64,000 nucleotides of DNA from positions 25,730,001 through 25,794,000 of the forward strand of contig OX597817.1 of the NCBI GenBank assembly GCA_951406725.2. Reading direction: 5' to 3'. Below are positions 27,021-40,860 of this stretch, one piece after another. Source of the stretch: Octopus vulgaris (Eukaryota). The notes below the pieces were generated by a model. That model was not told where the DNA came from. It saw nothing but the letters and a program-made list of their open reading frames with translations, and did not search any database. A program made the position numbers and the translations under genes. Position 1 is the stretch's first letter, and each line of letters begins with the position of its first letter.

Positions 27021-27476
27021 ACTTCAATAAGTCAGTTTCAAATTATATATATATATATATAGTTAATCCAAACAAGAAAACACAGAAAAAAAGAGAAAAA
27101 AACACAGCAACGCAGGACGTGGAACAATTAAAGTATTATTGACGCTCAGGAAAGAAGGGATATATATTGTCATGTTCATTTGGAAGAAGTTATTTTGCAC
27201 CTATTGTACTGTTTTTTTATGACCGGATCAAATGCCTTAGTTTGACCGACATTGCTTATAAACTTTACATCTGGATGAACTCGTATTAAACTCTGTTGGA
27301 CTTTTGGATTTTACTCAAAGGATATTGGAATATTACACATATATACCATTATGCCTATAAAATGGATCTATGAACTCAATAACCATATATATCTTACATC
27401 TATTCTCTTTCTTCTACCTCACTCTCTATTTGTATCACATCGAAACTAATTATGACTTAATATTTCCTCTCACACC

Positions 27477-27530
27477 GTCTCCGATGAAAAGATATTATTA
27501 TTATTAATATTCTAGAAACAGCTGTAAGAC
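27477..27530 (+). ncRNA. Hammerhead ribozyme candidate (U4C core variant)
   Basis: GUCU CCGAUGA [AU-rich stem II] GAAAC AGCU GUA AGAC; palindromic stem III ACAGCUGU. Confidence 0.65.
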
Positions 27531-28317
27531 CTTCTAACTATAAATGCTCTAATATCTATACAGCCTTGGGTTTTTCTTTATCTCATTACGCAAAAAATTC
27601 ATAAATATATATGTGTGTGTTTGTGTTTTTGTCCACCCAACATTGCTTGACAACCGATGCTGGTGTGTTTACGTCCCTGTAACTTAGCGGTTCGGCAAAA
27701 GAACCGATAGAATAAGTACTAGGCTTACAAAGAATAAGTCCTGGGGTTGATTTGCTCGACTAAAAAGGCAGTGCTCCAGCATGGTCGCAGTCAAATGACT
27801 GAATGAAGTAAAAGAGTAAAAGAGAGAGTATGGGATGGGAGGGAATTGGAGTTGTGAGTAAATTTTTATTTTTGTAACTGCTATTTGCTGTAGCATTATA
27901 GTAATAGGAAAATAGCCAATGATGTCTTTTTTTGTCAATGATGTCTTTCTTTGAAAAGTAGCTGAAGGTCTTTCTTCTTATATCACATGTAAGGCCATTG
28001 AAAACTATGTATGTGGGACAAAAGATTTAATAAAAAAACATATGTAAATTTACCATTTGGCTTCGTTTCCTGCTCTGTTTTTACTTGCCCACAGTGAGTG
28101 ACATCTTGGAAAACGATCAGCCTCAAATTAATGGTTATATTTAGTTTTAGATTGAAATTTGTAAAGATACTTTGTGGGTTCTTTTCTAAAGAAGTTACTG
28201 TATGTCTATATACCTGCTGAGAAATAACAGGTCGAACATGTGCACACAACTCTATGTTTGATGTAGTAAGTTTCTTAATTTTGTATGTCTAGTATGTACA
28301 TAACAGCAACGCCAAGT

Positions 28318-28628
28318 AGAGGCGCAATGGCCCAGCGGACTTGCGGTCGGAGGATCGCGGTTTCGATTCCCAGACCGGGCGTTGTGTGTGTTTATTGAGC
28401 GAAAACACCTAAAGCTCCACGAGACTCCGGCAGGGGGTGATGGCGACCCCTTTTGTACTCTTTCTTCCTGTTTATTGTCCCCGACTTCCTACTCAACCAC
28501 TGAGCCTGGATGCTCTCAGTGTCGAGGGTTGACCTGCTTTCTCTTCTGCAGGTCTTACGAATAGCAAGATTCGGACTTCTCCCACTGCGATCTCTGGGAC
28601 GAAGACATATTCGCTCAACAGCAACGGC
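28318..28628 (+). mobile_element. SINE family C with tRNA-like head and (CAA)-like tail
   Basis: GAGGCGCAATGGCCCAG...GGTTTCGATTCCC head; flanking repeat gcaacgcca. Confidence 0.8.
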
Positions 28629-29123
28629 AACGCCACATATATATCTGTATCTATCAGTTAAATTCCTCCATTTTGATGTCTAATGAACTTTGGGACCTCG
28701 TCTTTTGACCCAGTTAAGATTTGCACTGGAGAACAGTTTTTCTTGCATGTATAATGATTTCTATGTCGGTATCATTTATGTAATTATATGTTCTAGTAAA
28801 CTCTAAACAAGAAATGGTTTATAAACACAAAAGAATATTCTAAATTAGGTGAACTTAAAGATATGTTTATTATTAACATTTTAAAACCAGTTTTAGTTCC
28901 AATTCCACTGAGATAGGCTTTGCTTTACATCGTTTTGAGGGGGAAGGGGGTCAATGAAATATTATTAATTGTGCACTGGGGTCAATGTAATCGTCTTACC
29001 ATGTTATTTGCTGGCCTTGTGCCAAACTTTAAAACTAATATTTTAAAACCAATTGATTGGGTGTGCTACTCTTCTTCCATTGTTGCATTCTGGTTGGCTT
29101 TTCAATGAATTATATATATATAC

Positions 29124-29174
<51 letters not shown>

Positions 29175-29206
29175 TACATACATATATAAGTGTATGTGTG
29201 TGTATA

Positions 29207-29237
<31 letters not shown>

Positions 29238-30475
29238 GCATATACGTACATATGTATAAGTGTGAAAAAGAGGTATAAATAGCTACAAGAAAATTTATTT
29301 AAAATGATAGAGAAAGGGAGAGAGATTAAGAAACAGAGACAGAGAGAGCTCGATATAGCATTAACAATAGTGTTATTGAAAACCATGTGTCAATGCCACT
29401 CTGCTATAAGCAGATGTAATCACTGAATAATTGACTAATTGATTAAGTGTTATATATTATTTATTTATTCAGTTTTAGTTTTGATTTGTCTGATTTGCTT
29501 TTCCTTTTTGGTATTTCACTTTCATTAAAACCCACACTGCTCAACGTCTTATGGAACATAAGATATTGGCAGCTTTCTTCCCAATATTTCCAGAATTTAA
29601 AAATGTTTATTGGTTTGTGAGAGATGGATGGTTCCGATCGACTCCTAAGGTAGCTATGTACTCACTCACTCTATAAGAAATAGCAGTGTGTTCTCCTAAG
29701 AATTGCACCCTGTTGTTTTCAAAATGATGAGAGACAGAACCCATAAATAGACAGCTGTGTCAGAAGATTCATCTGCCAGTGATGGTTATATGTTTTGCAG
29801 ATGATGAGTGCAACAACATTGCTGTTAAATTTTTAAACAGTGTATCTAGGACTACATTATTTAAGTTAATTTCCCTTTTTTAAAGAGATTTGGTTACTAT
29901 TCTGACTATACAAATGACCCTTCAGTAGGTCTCTCATTGGCTTCAGAGATTTTGCTAATCTATTTTTCAATGTTACAGATAAATATTCCAAAGAATGGTG
30001 CAGCATCGTGTTATAATTTATCAACTAAAAAATCCACATATTTATTTATAAACAGCTGAAATCAAAAATAATCTAGTTGACCATAAGAAAGAGGAAATGT
30101 CAAATATTTCAAAAAAAATTTCCTTTCATAAAAGATTCCTCTTTCTCACAGTATTCCAATCTATTCCATTTCTGAACTATTTATACTTACTAATCAGGGA
30201 AAGGAGACCACTACTAGTTTCCTCTTATCCTACTGCTTACATTATTAACATCATAGATTTCTGAACCTGAGGTCATGATTCTTGCAGTATTTTCCATCAC
30301 TTACTGTATCAAGATGTTTCATTGCTAGAGACACTTTGGATGATGTTTGCTGGTGATTTATTAAGTGTTGTGCAATTGTATAAAGTACTAACAAACAAAA
30401 GTGCACTGTTATTTAGTTTCTAGTTTAACTTTCCTATATGTAGCAAACCTATGATAAAAGTTATTTTGACTATTA

Positions 30476-30734
30476 GAATAAATAAATGCACCCTTTTAAA
30501 GCCTATCCAGGCTCATGGGCCCAGTTTCCCAGTTTCTATGGCGTATGTGTTCTCCAGCTGGACGGGACGCCAGTCCATCACAGCGTTACTCATTTTTGCC
30601 AGCTGAGTGGACAGGAGCATCGTGAAATGAAGTGTTTCGCTCAAGAACACAATGCGTTGCCTGGTCCAGGAATCGAAACCACAATCTTACGACTATGGTG
30701 CTGACACCCTAACCACTAAGCCATGTGCCTCCAC
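30476..30734 (-). mobile_element. tRNA-derived SINE family D with V-domain-like motif
   Basis: 15-bp TSD ttattttgactatta (30461-30475, 30735-30749); GATGGACTGGCGTCCCGTCCAG motif. Confidence 0.85.
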
Positions 30735-32318
30735 TTATTTTGACTATTACCATCTCATTTTTCTTCAGATATCATGTATCAAAGGCTTTAATAAATCCTA
30801 TTTTTAGGACAATTCGATGTGACTAAACAAGATTTGGCTGTTATTTCAGCAGTCACATATGATAGCATCAATGTGTTCTCATTGGTACACCAATCAATAG
30901 TTTAAATACTAAAAGTGAATATAGAAAACCATTACATCATGAAGTATAAAATTGATTTACAGATGAAGTAGCAATACCAAATAATCTGTATGTAACCAGC
31001 AATGCTCTTTCTGAGTTGTATATGGTGTGTGCATATAGGAACATATGTTCTGAAGGTAGTATATAAATGAAATGAAACTGCATATAAAAAGTATAATATA
31101 CTTTTATTTTATACATGTACAATGCTTTTTAATGTGTAGGTAATAAATGCCAAACAGAATCTTAAAATTTAGTGCTATGTTAACTGCTGTGCATATTTGA
31201 ATTAAAAAATTTACAGACCCCTTGAGATTTACACCAGAATTATATTTTCAGATCCACAAGTGAAAAATTCAGTGATCACATAATTTCATTTGTACAAAAT
31301 ATTTGTCCGTCATAATACTTGAGCACTCTTTGACTATTAATACTCACAGGGAAATGTTAACTAACATACAGGTTGTAATTAATGTGAAAGTTTTTCTTTT
31401 ACAATGATTTCATTTGATTCACAGAGGTTTAGCCTTCCCTAGTTCAGAATGTTTTATTGTACAGTATTTTTCTCTAAGAATTTATTTATTTACTCATTTA
31501 TTCATTTATTCTGTAAATCAAGTAGTAAAAATTATAACATATACCATCTGCTAGATTATTTTATTATATTCGTGCATAAGCATAAGCACAAATGTTGTAA
31601 AAAAAAAAAAGTTATTGCCCTTGTAAAGGTGAAAATCAAATGTCATTTTGATGTAGTTTGAACTTGGAAAACGGAGCATTGAAGCATAATAGGTTAACAT
31701 ATTTAATAATCCAGTAGTTATGATATTTTATGCTGATTTGTTATATTAAGGAGCTTCGTGCAGAGGAAGTACTGTGGACAATTAAGTCATTCTGAGGCAT
31801 AGTTCTTGCTAGTTGGAAACTATTATATTGGGGAAAATCTTTATGTGCAAATTGTTTCAGATCCTTGTTTCACATATGTTATATTGTATTAGTGCAGTTC
31901 ATACGATTAATCAAATTGACAAGGTTAATTATTTATCTGTATCCAAGTAAATATTAAATGTTTTCTCCATAGTTATTCATATGAGAAAATCATTGTAATA
32001 TCTTACAATGTGCCTTTTTTCCCAGTATATCATACTGAAGTTGTATGAGCTTCTGTACAGTGTGTCGGTTACATTTTGTATCTGACTCTTTCTAACAATT
32101 AAGATAATTTAAAAGATACATAGATGCAATGAGTTACATTTTAGTTCCATACTCTAAGAACTTCTTAGTGATTTACATAAGATTATAAGGTAACCTTTCA
32201 TAAATAAGTCTTTTCCCGCACTCACATATGCGTATGTGAACAAATATATGAATACCTATTCATCTGCATTTAGTTTCCTAATGCCTTTTTTTGAAAGAGC
32301 TGACTGGATTCAGGTGAT

Positions 32319-32341
<23 letters not shown>

Positions 32342-32351
<10 letters not shown>

Positions 32352-32652
32352 CAGTGCACATTTAAACACATCAAGAGGTTTCCATCATAGGAATCCTTTA
32401 TACTAGAAAGAACAGCTAAAGCCCAAACCACTAATTAGGGATAAATTCTCGATGAGAGTGAAAAATAAAAACATTTACCATCTATAGATGGTAAATGTTT
32501 TTATTTTATTTTTACTTATTATTTTTTTTTTTTCATTCCATTTGAGAATTTATCCCTAATTAGTGGTTTGGACTTTAGCAGTTCTTTCTAGCATAAAGGA
32601 TTCCTATGATGGAAACCTCTCAATGTGTTTAAATGTACACTGTATTTCATAT
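32342..32652. repeat. Long imperfect palindrome with an embedded 46-bp perfect palindrome
   Basis: About 120-bp inverted arms; perfect palindrome at 32462-32507. Confidence 0.9.
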
Positions 32653-32779
32653 GAATAATATATAGTCTATTGACTAATTTTTCTATACACTAGGCCACTG
32701 GTAGTAAAAATTTCTAAACTCTTTATTACCCTGATATTATTAATTATTAATCAGACGCCATGATAGATCGTTAGCTACT

Positions 32780-32943
32780 ACACACATTTTTTTCTCTCCT
32801 TGTTTTTTTTCTGTGTATTTTTCTGTAGAAGTGCATAGGCTCGAAACATAAAACACTTTTTCTATTCATGAGTGCAATACTAATACATCTGTTTGTTTGT
32901 ACACCACCTGCCTTCGTCTTTTGTTTATTTTCGTAAACTTTTC

Positions 32944-32947
<4 letters not shown>
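32780..32947 (+). mobile_element. Penelope-type pLTR-like fragment with degenerate hammerhead
   Basis: Homologous to the reverse complement of 57008-57180; ctgtaga agtgc atag gctc gaaac; ends in (TA)n. Confidence 0.6.
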
Positions 32948-33028
<81 letters not shown>

Positions 33029-35145
33029 TTCAAATAGCTAGATAAAACCTCGGGTTTTAATGTACAAAATATATATACATGTATACATATAAAAAGAAAA
33101 GGCAAACACGAAATTTACAGATGATAAGCAATCAAGTATATATATATATATTTAGCTTAATATAGAGCACTGCGATGTGTAATCATGGAGGTGTGAGTTC
33201 GAGTCTCATAGCTGGCCACCAACACTATTTTCTTCAAAATAGGGGTAAATTATCCTATTCAGGCTATATTATTAACATTATCCTGCATTTTAGAATTTAA
33301 AATCATTTCTTTAACTTTCTAAGACATCTCAACGCTTCTAAAGCAAACATCGTTTGTTTGTTTACGTTCAACGTAAATTCAATTATATATATATAAATAG
33401 AGGGGAGAAGGCTCATAAGTCGGAAATCTGACAGCTGCTTCTGAGGGCTCAAAGTTACTTCACAGATGTAGTTGATTAAAAAGTTACAGCTGATTATGGA
33501 AACAAACTAACATTGGTAAGGGATAGTAGATTGTAGTCAGTGTGTTTGTAAGTGAGAACTGGTGGAAAGCTATTACTGGAAGATTTCATCGCTTAAATTG
33601 GAAGTTGTGTTATCATTCAAAGTTTAGTCGATCATATAAATTTCTTGGTATTCAGGTATATCCCACTTAGGTCATGAGATTTTTAGTAAAGAAATGTGTA
33701 TACAAAAACACACAAAGAGTTTATATTTCTACATTTCCAATCAAATAAAATGAGCAATCAATCTACCTCAGACAGACATCTGTTGACCACTAACCTTTTC
33801 TTCAACTAACATTCTTTATGGAAACCCTAAAACACATAAACGACCAAATTGCTATACTAATAATCATATGACCTTAATCTGACACACCTAAACTAAATGC
33901 ACCTGATTACAAAGGGATTTACACTCTTTACTTTGTGCCACACTCACTGAAAAATTTCACTTCATGACCAAAAATTAAAAGTAAATCAACTTGTGAAGTT
34001 GAAAGCTACTTCTGTGTGTGATTAGAGGATCTTAAACATTAATGGATTTCGATACACCAAAAATTACTATTATTCAGGCATTGATACAATGGAAGAAAAG
34101 AATTGATTGATATGCCAAAACTTTTTTCCAGAATCATAGAAGAAATGTAAGACACAGCTACAGGCTAATGAAATAATGGAAAGCTACAGCTTCTTTGTGT
34201 GAGAACCTGCTTTGAGTTGTCTCCCATTCATATCAAAAGTAGTACAATATTAAACATTGAGCTAATAATAATATTTCCCCTCAGCATAATTATTTCTAAT
34301 TTGATTTTTGAATCTCACTACATGAAGTATGGTGGCACTAAATTAACTATTGTTTCTTTTGCTGGCAACATCTCAGAATAATTAAAATTTAATGAGTTAT
34401 TGTATAAAATAAGCTCATGAGTTTGCACCAAATGACACAATGTTATGTAATAAAGATTTCCCAATGCATTTGTTCAAAAGCAATTTTAACATGTAAAACT
34501 GTTTTCAAAGTGCATTGAACTTTCATTTCATAGCAAACTCAAATGACACATGAAGGAGCCTTGGCATGGTCACATGACCAGTTAAAAATAGACATCAGCT
34601 TCCTTCAAATTGCAACCTAATAATTTACAAAAACAAGGAAAGGCATAATAGATAATGCAGTCCTAGAAATACTTACAAAAGAATAATAAGTTAACAGCTG
34701 TAATTCCTTTATTCATAGACCTACTATATCATGGCCATTCTTTGTTGACATCATTATCATTTTTGCTGATATCACCATCACTACTGTCAGTTGTAGTGGC
34801 AGTGGCAGTGACAGTGGTAAAAAGGTGGCCTTCTCTTCCCTAGCATAATTATCATCATCGTTGTTGTCAACAACATCATCATCGCCATCATCCTCATATT
34901 TTAACATCTCTCTTCTATTCTGCTGGATGTTTCAGCAGAAATTAGCACATCAGAGGACAGTGGTGTGGTCCAGTCTCTTGCTTTGGTGTAGATTGTATAG
35001 CCACATATCTCTCTTGACCCCCAACTACTTTACACATTATCTTTATGATGGCACCAGCGCTAGCAAGATTATAGTGTACCTCAAAGCCCCCTCCCACCCC
35101 GAAACTAGTAGGAGTATTGTATCAAAGAAGTGGCTTTATGTTATT

Positions 35146-35350
35146 CATCATCATCATCATCATCGTTTAACGTCTGCTTTCCATGCTAGCATGGGTTGGA
35201 CGATTTTGATTTAGGGCTGGCAAACCAGATGGCTGCACCAGGCTCCAATCTTGATCTGGCAGAATTTCTACAGCTGGATGCCCTTCCTGACGCCAACCAC
35301 TCCGAGAGTGTAGTGGGTGCTTTTATACATGCCACCGGCACAGCGTGCCG
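35146..35350 (-). mobile_element. RTE-tailed SINE-like family E
   Basis: ...CCATGCTAGCATGGAAAGC(A/G)GACGTTAAACG(ATG)n tail; further copies at 50945-51114, 58368-58870, 63270-63590. Confidence 0.8.
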
Positions 35351-35994
35351 TTTTGAGAAATTAAAATATGAAAGAAACAACTGCTGCAGCTTTTTTCCTG
35401 TAGAGGAGTGAGATTAATGAGGATTATCAGGTTGAATGTCGCAGAAATCATTGTTATTGCTTTGTCAGAATTCAGCTCTGGTTATCCCTTCTTTTAAAGA
35501 TATCAAGTCCAATGCACTTACACTCCATCCGTCTTTATTTAAGGGAGTGGAATTTAATTGAAGGAGATTTGACTGCTATTTCTAACAAATCAAATGACAC
35601 AAAGACGTTCCCTTAATGCAAAGATTGCACTAAAATGGTTATCAGCTTCAAAGAACTTTTAATATTACATATATACAGAATAAATGCAAAGCACACTGGC
35701 TATTGTTGCAACTAGTATTTAACATTGTTAATGAGATGTTATAAAGTCAGTATATCGAATTGTGTATATACTGGTCACGCACGAGGTATGGTCATTATTT
35801 AGAGACATTCCAATATAAAAACTAGCAAATTTGTCTAGTTCAACTAACCCGTAAGATTGTTCGTTGACTGGATTGGCCATTATAAGTGATACGCTAAGTA
35901 TTTTATATATGAACACATATTTTCAGGCCTATGAATAAATTTACATGCACAAGACTTTGTACAGATAGTTGTACATACATGCACATGCTTACAC

Positions 35995-36195
35995 ACTTAT
36001 GTGTGTGTGTCTGTGTCTGTGTGTGTCTCTGCTTATGTCTATGTTTGTGCATATTTGTGTGAGTATGTGCCTGCATATTAAATACCAAATATACATATAT
36101 ATATATTTATAATTTACATAAATGCACTTCCAAATATATTCCAGTGTATCCATATATATATATACTTATGAGTATACATACATACACACACACGC

Positions 36196-36252
<57 letters not shown>

Positions 36253-36926
36253 CACACACACTTACATATATATATATAGATATATATATATATATATATA
36301 GATATATATATATATATATACATGTGTATGTATGTATATGTATTTATGTGTATGTATGTGTATGTGCATGTGTATATATATATATAGAGAGAGAGAAAGA
36401 GAGTGCGTGTGTGTGAATGCATGCATATGTGCATGTGTGTGTGTGTGCATGTCTATGTGTGTGCGTGTGTGTGTGTCTGTGTGTAAATAATTTCTATGCA
36501 TAAATGAGGAGTTTGTCTAAAGATATATTCCCTCGTTCTTGCAGGCCAGTTTGTCACTGAACTTCTGATACTTTGATTATAATACTTTCATCTTGTACAT
36601 GGCTATTTGTAGTTAGACAGTTAACAGCCTTTTATTTGCATGAAGATTTTTATTGCCTGAAGAAAATCGAGGATTTTATTACTTTCAACAGTACCATGTA
36701 AATAACCATGTTATGGATGTAACAGTATCCAAGCATCACACCTCTCACAAAAGAGCCATAAAATTGCGAGCTAAATGCTATCAATAAGCAGACATATTGA
36801 TATTTAAGCAAAATAATACTAACACATATCTTATATAATATTGATAATAACGACAATGATAGTACTGATAATAGTTATACATACCTACACAAACACATAC
36901 ACAAACACATACGCACGCACACAGAC

Positions 36927-37022
<96 letters not shown>

Positions 37023-37259
37023 TTGTAGACAAGTATCAATATCTATATCTGGACATATATCTATGACTATATGTATGTATATATGTGCATATAAAGAATA
37101 TAGATATTTATATGTATAAATATTTATATCAATCAATCTTTCTATCTCTCTATCAATCTGTTTATCTATCTGTCTGTCTGTGTCTCTTGCTCTCCCTCCC
37201 TCCTTTATCTATGTATCTATTTATCTATCTATTTATTTATCTCATTCTCTCTCTCCCCC

Positions 37260-37307
<48 letters not shown>

Positions 37308-37322
37308 GAACAAACACATATA

Positions 37323-37382
<60 letters not shown>

Positions 37383-37431
37383 TATATAAATACACACATA
37401 TACATATATAAATACACACACATATACATAC

Positions 37432-37488
<57 letters not shown>

Positions 37489-37490
37489 TT
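35995..37490. repeat. Compound microsatellite field (TA/TG/CA/TC)
   Basis: Directly visible. Confidence 0.95.
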
Positions 37491-38469
37491 ATTTTATGGA
37501 GTCATAAATACACGCATAAATGTAGCTACAAGAGAAATTCAGATATAGATTTTCATACACCTATGAATCAACTTGCACACACAGACATACACACACCTAT
37601 AGATTCATTGACATTTGTTTCAGGCTTGGGGTTTTGGCCATGCTGAAATAGCACAGTGAAAGATTTACTTTATCAAATCTCTCAACACTTAACAAATTTA
37701 AAATTTTCTGTCTATGTTATCGGTGTCTGCAGAACTGGGAAGTTATAGTTATGTAAATAAACCAATTCTAGTTGTTAGATACTAGGATATAAACTCAAAC
37801 CCACACATACTCACTCACATATATGCACTCATATACACAATAAGCTTTAATAGAGGTTTCATCTACCAAATTCTCTGACAATGTCTTAACTAACTCAAGA
37901 CTATACAAGACAGTTTCCTAACATACTTGAGGTGGAGATAAACCTGAAACTCATATAGTTGTGAAACAAATTCTAATCAGACAACCATGTCTGTACATGT
38001 AGCTATGCATATATATAATTGAGTATTAAGGCTATCATTGGTTTCATGTTAAGAAGATATCTTAATATCTTAACAATTTTTCAAGCTGATCACAAGGAGT
38101 AATGTTGTGCACCTCCGTTTTGGATGAAAATACGAAAGTTCTTGGGAATTCACAATAAAGTCTCACAAAGAAAACAAGAAATCAAATGGTGCTACTGATG
38201 GATATCATCTTTTGACTGATTATCTCCCTTGGGTTTTATTTTTGGGAAGGAAAACTGTGCTGTATGATGAATTTGTTTACATTATATTATATGTATTCTA
38301 GGTATGTATATTATTATAATGTTCATATGTCTGTGTGTTGGGAGAGTTCATCAAGGGGACATATATCTTCCATGTATGGAGTTTGTGTGTTGTATATATT
38401 CAATGTTCATGTTCAAGGAAAGAAACTATCTTGGTGGGATTGGCAGAGTGGGTGATGGTTCTCCTTTGC

Positions 38470-39150
38470 AATACTGGAGTGTTAAATATGCAGGGAGAGG
38501 TTTCATCCCTAATACTTAATAAATTATCTGTGGGCTGTATGATATTTAGCCTTTCAGGGATACAGAGCTCACATTTGGTACCCTGACGTCTATATTTTCT
38601 GGGTTTAACAATAATGCTCCATGTTATGTTGGGGTTGCTTACTCCTCCTTTTTAAATGGCCATATCATACTGGATAGGGATATCGTTTGTCTTTTATTTT
38701 TATCTCTGAATGACGTCAGGTGTTGTGTGTATCTTTCCTTGAATGAGTTGCCCGCCATTCTGATATGCATCTTTGTTTCTCTGTTGAGATCCATCATTTT
38801 GGTCTTGCATATAAGTTCTTTTTCCAGACAGCTATTATTTAGAGGACAGAAGTCCAGAGATCTACAGTTACAGCGTATTTCAAGGCTATTGAATGTGGGA
38901 AGTGATTGTCCATTAATTTTAAGAATTTCCTAGCTATGTTAGTGGTTACATTTATGCTATAAGCTGATTTGAACCATAAGATTTTCCTGTCTGCGTCTTC
39001 TTGGTCAATCTACATTTGGTTCCATGTACTTTATACTATTCCTGAAGTTGGTCCTTTCTAATGCAGCATTGTTGTATGGGGCGGCTTTTTCAAAAGTGTC
39101 TTTATTGGCTGATAGATTGGAGATGTACCTGCTAATGTTGGACCTTGCAT
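38470..39150 (-). pseudogene. Penelope-like element C-terminus (GIY-YIG region) remnant
   Basis: WF..AYSINVTTNIARKFLKLMDNHFP, CNCRSLDFCPLNNSCLE, FKERYTQHLTSFR, ITWSII, KCELC in broken frames. Confidence 0.8.
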
Positions 39151-39300
39151 TAGAAAGGTCCAATTTTAAGGATCAATAATTATGATTTTATTCAACATAT
39201 TCTCCTCTCAGGCCCTCCCAAATCATGCACAGCATGTTAGAGAAGGTTCACATCATGCAGAAGACCTGCCCAAGATCAGACCACTGGAAGACTATATTTG

Positions 39301-39363
<63 letters not shown>

Positions 39364-40372
39364 GTATGTACATATATAGTCTACCAAATATATGTTTCAT
39401 TTTATTATTTTGTACATTACTTAATTACCATTATATGTTTTATCTTATATTTAATTTTTCTATAATATGTAATTTTCGAGATGGTATAATTTAATTTTTC
39501 ATTATTGAATTGATAAAAGGTGTTTTTTTTCTAATTTATATATATATAGATAAGTTTGGAATAATATTCCCTCATATTATCATTATTATATATATATACA
39601 TATATATATATAGATATATATAATTTTCGAACTCTCAGTCTTATGAAGGCAATGACTAGTGACCGAAACCCTTGGTGATATGCTGAGCTTGATGGGACCC
39701 GTCAAACCAGGGGAAGTCATAATCAATGCTGATGCTGGTGTCATGTAACTAGCACAGTAACAACATGCACATCGGGTTATAATCATGAGAGAATTTTAAT
39801 TCAATATTATAAGCAAGCACAAAAACTAGGTAATGCTATAGTAATGTCACATTTATCTAATTTAGAAGGAATTATATAATTCATTCACGAACATATATAT
39901 ATTTTTGCTCTCCACACATTTTCTTCTATTTCAGATGTTTCAATATTTTTCAAATATTAAATATTCTATCACCTATTTATCTAGTGATTATCATCTAGAT
40001 GCTATCTCAGAATTATTTCATTTCTAAATAATTCTATATTTCTACGTATTTATTTTGTGATTCATTCTCTTTGACTTTGGAAAGGTATGGTTAACCTACA
40101 TTACTGCCGATGATACTCAATACAGTAAAAAAAACGATTTAGATTTGTCTTCCAGACTTGACAAAATAATAGATGTATTAGACTTAATGTTTATTTCTGA
40201 CTATGCTGTATATTTTATTTAGCATTTTAATGTTCTTGACATAAAATATGGTCATATATTTTACCTAGTGTTAAATGTAGAAGCTATTGAAGAAGATAGA
40301 CTGATTTGGGCAATGGATTCCACAAAAAACATAAAACTCCGTTGCTGGGAAACTTTAACTTTCCAGGTGACC

Positions 40373-40399
40373 CAACGGATCATGGGTAGTCTAGTCTAG
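40373..40399 (+). mobile_element. Helitron-like 3' terminus (different family)
   Basis: Hairpin ACCCA..TGGGT followed by CTAG|T; 5' end not defined. Confidence 0.4.
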
Positions 40400-40424
40400 T
40401 CTATATATTTATATATACACACAT

Positions 40425-40478
<54 letters not shown>

Positions 40479-40481
<3 letters not shown>

Positions 40482-40860
40482 CACAAGGGTGGCTGTGTGG
40501 TAAGAAGTTTGCTTCCCAACCACGGGTTCAGTCCTACTGCATGGTGCCTTGGGCAAGTATCTGCTAATGTAGCCTTGGGCCAAACAAAACCTTGTGGGTG
40601 GATTTGGTAGATGGAAACTGAAAGAAGCCCATCGTATATTTTTTATATATATGTATGCATTTGTGTGTCTGTGTTTGTCACCCCACCATTGCCTGACAAC
40701 CGCTGTTAGTGTGTTTACGTCTCTGTAACCTAGCGGTTTGACAAAAGATACCGACAGAATAAGTACTAGGCTTACAAAGAATAAGTCCCAGGGGCGATTT
40801 CCTCAACTAAAGGCAGTGCTTCAGCATGGCCACAGTCAAATCACTGAAACAGGTAAGAGA
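40479..40860 (+). mobile_element. SINE family A (older copy)
   Basis: Diverged full-length match. Confidence 0.85.

Larger units (their letters stand above)
26681..27830 (+). mobile_element. SINE family A split by about 720 bp of nested inserts in its (TA)n
   Basis: 5' half 26681-26840, 3' half about 27610-27830. Confidence 0.85.

Noticed and set aside
33155-33222. tRNA-like A/B-box sequence (also about 50350-50430 and all SINE heads)
   Set aside because: No intact cloverleaf; most likely decayed SINE heads.
33640-34390. Possible LINE AP-endonuclease remnant
   Set aside because: Only faint motif echoes; cannot be supported without a search.
36114-37489. Many ORFs rich in YI/HT/CV dipeptides (also at 16623, 29053, 43745, 49209)
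   Set aside because: Translations of (TA)n, (CA)n and (TATG)n microsatellites, not genes.
39636-39690. cttatga aggc...gacc gaaac near the Penelope GIY-YIG remnant
   Set aside because: Core G5 missing and stems mismatched; at most a decayed hammerhead.
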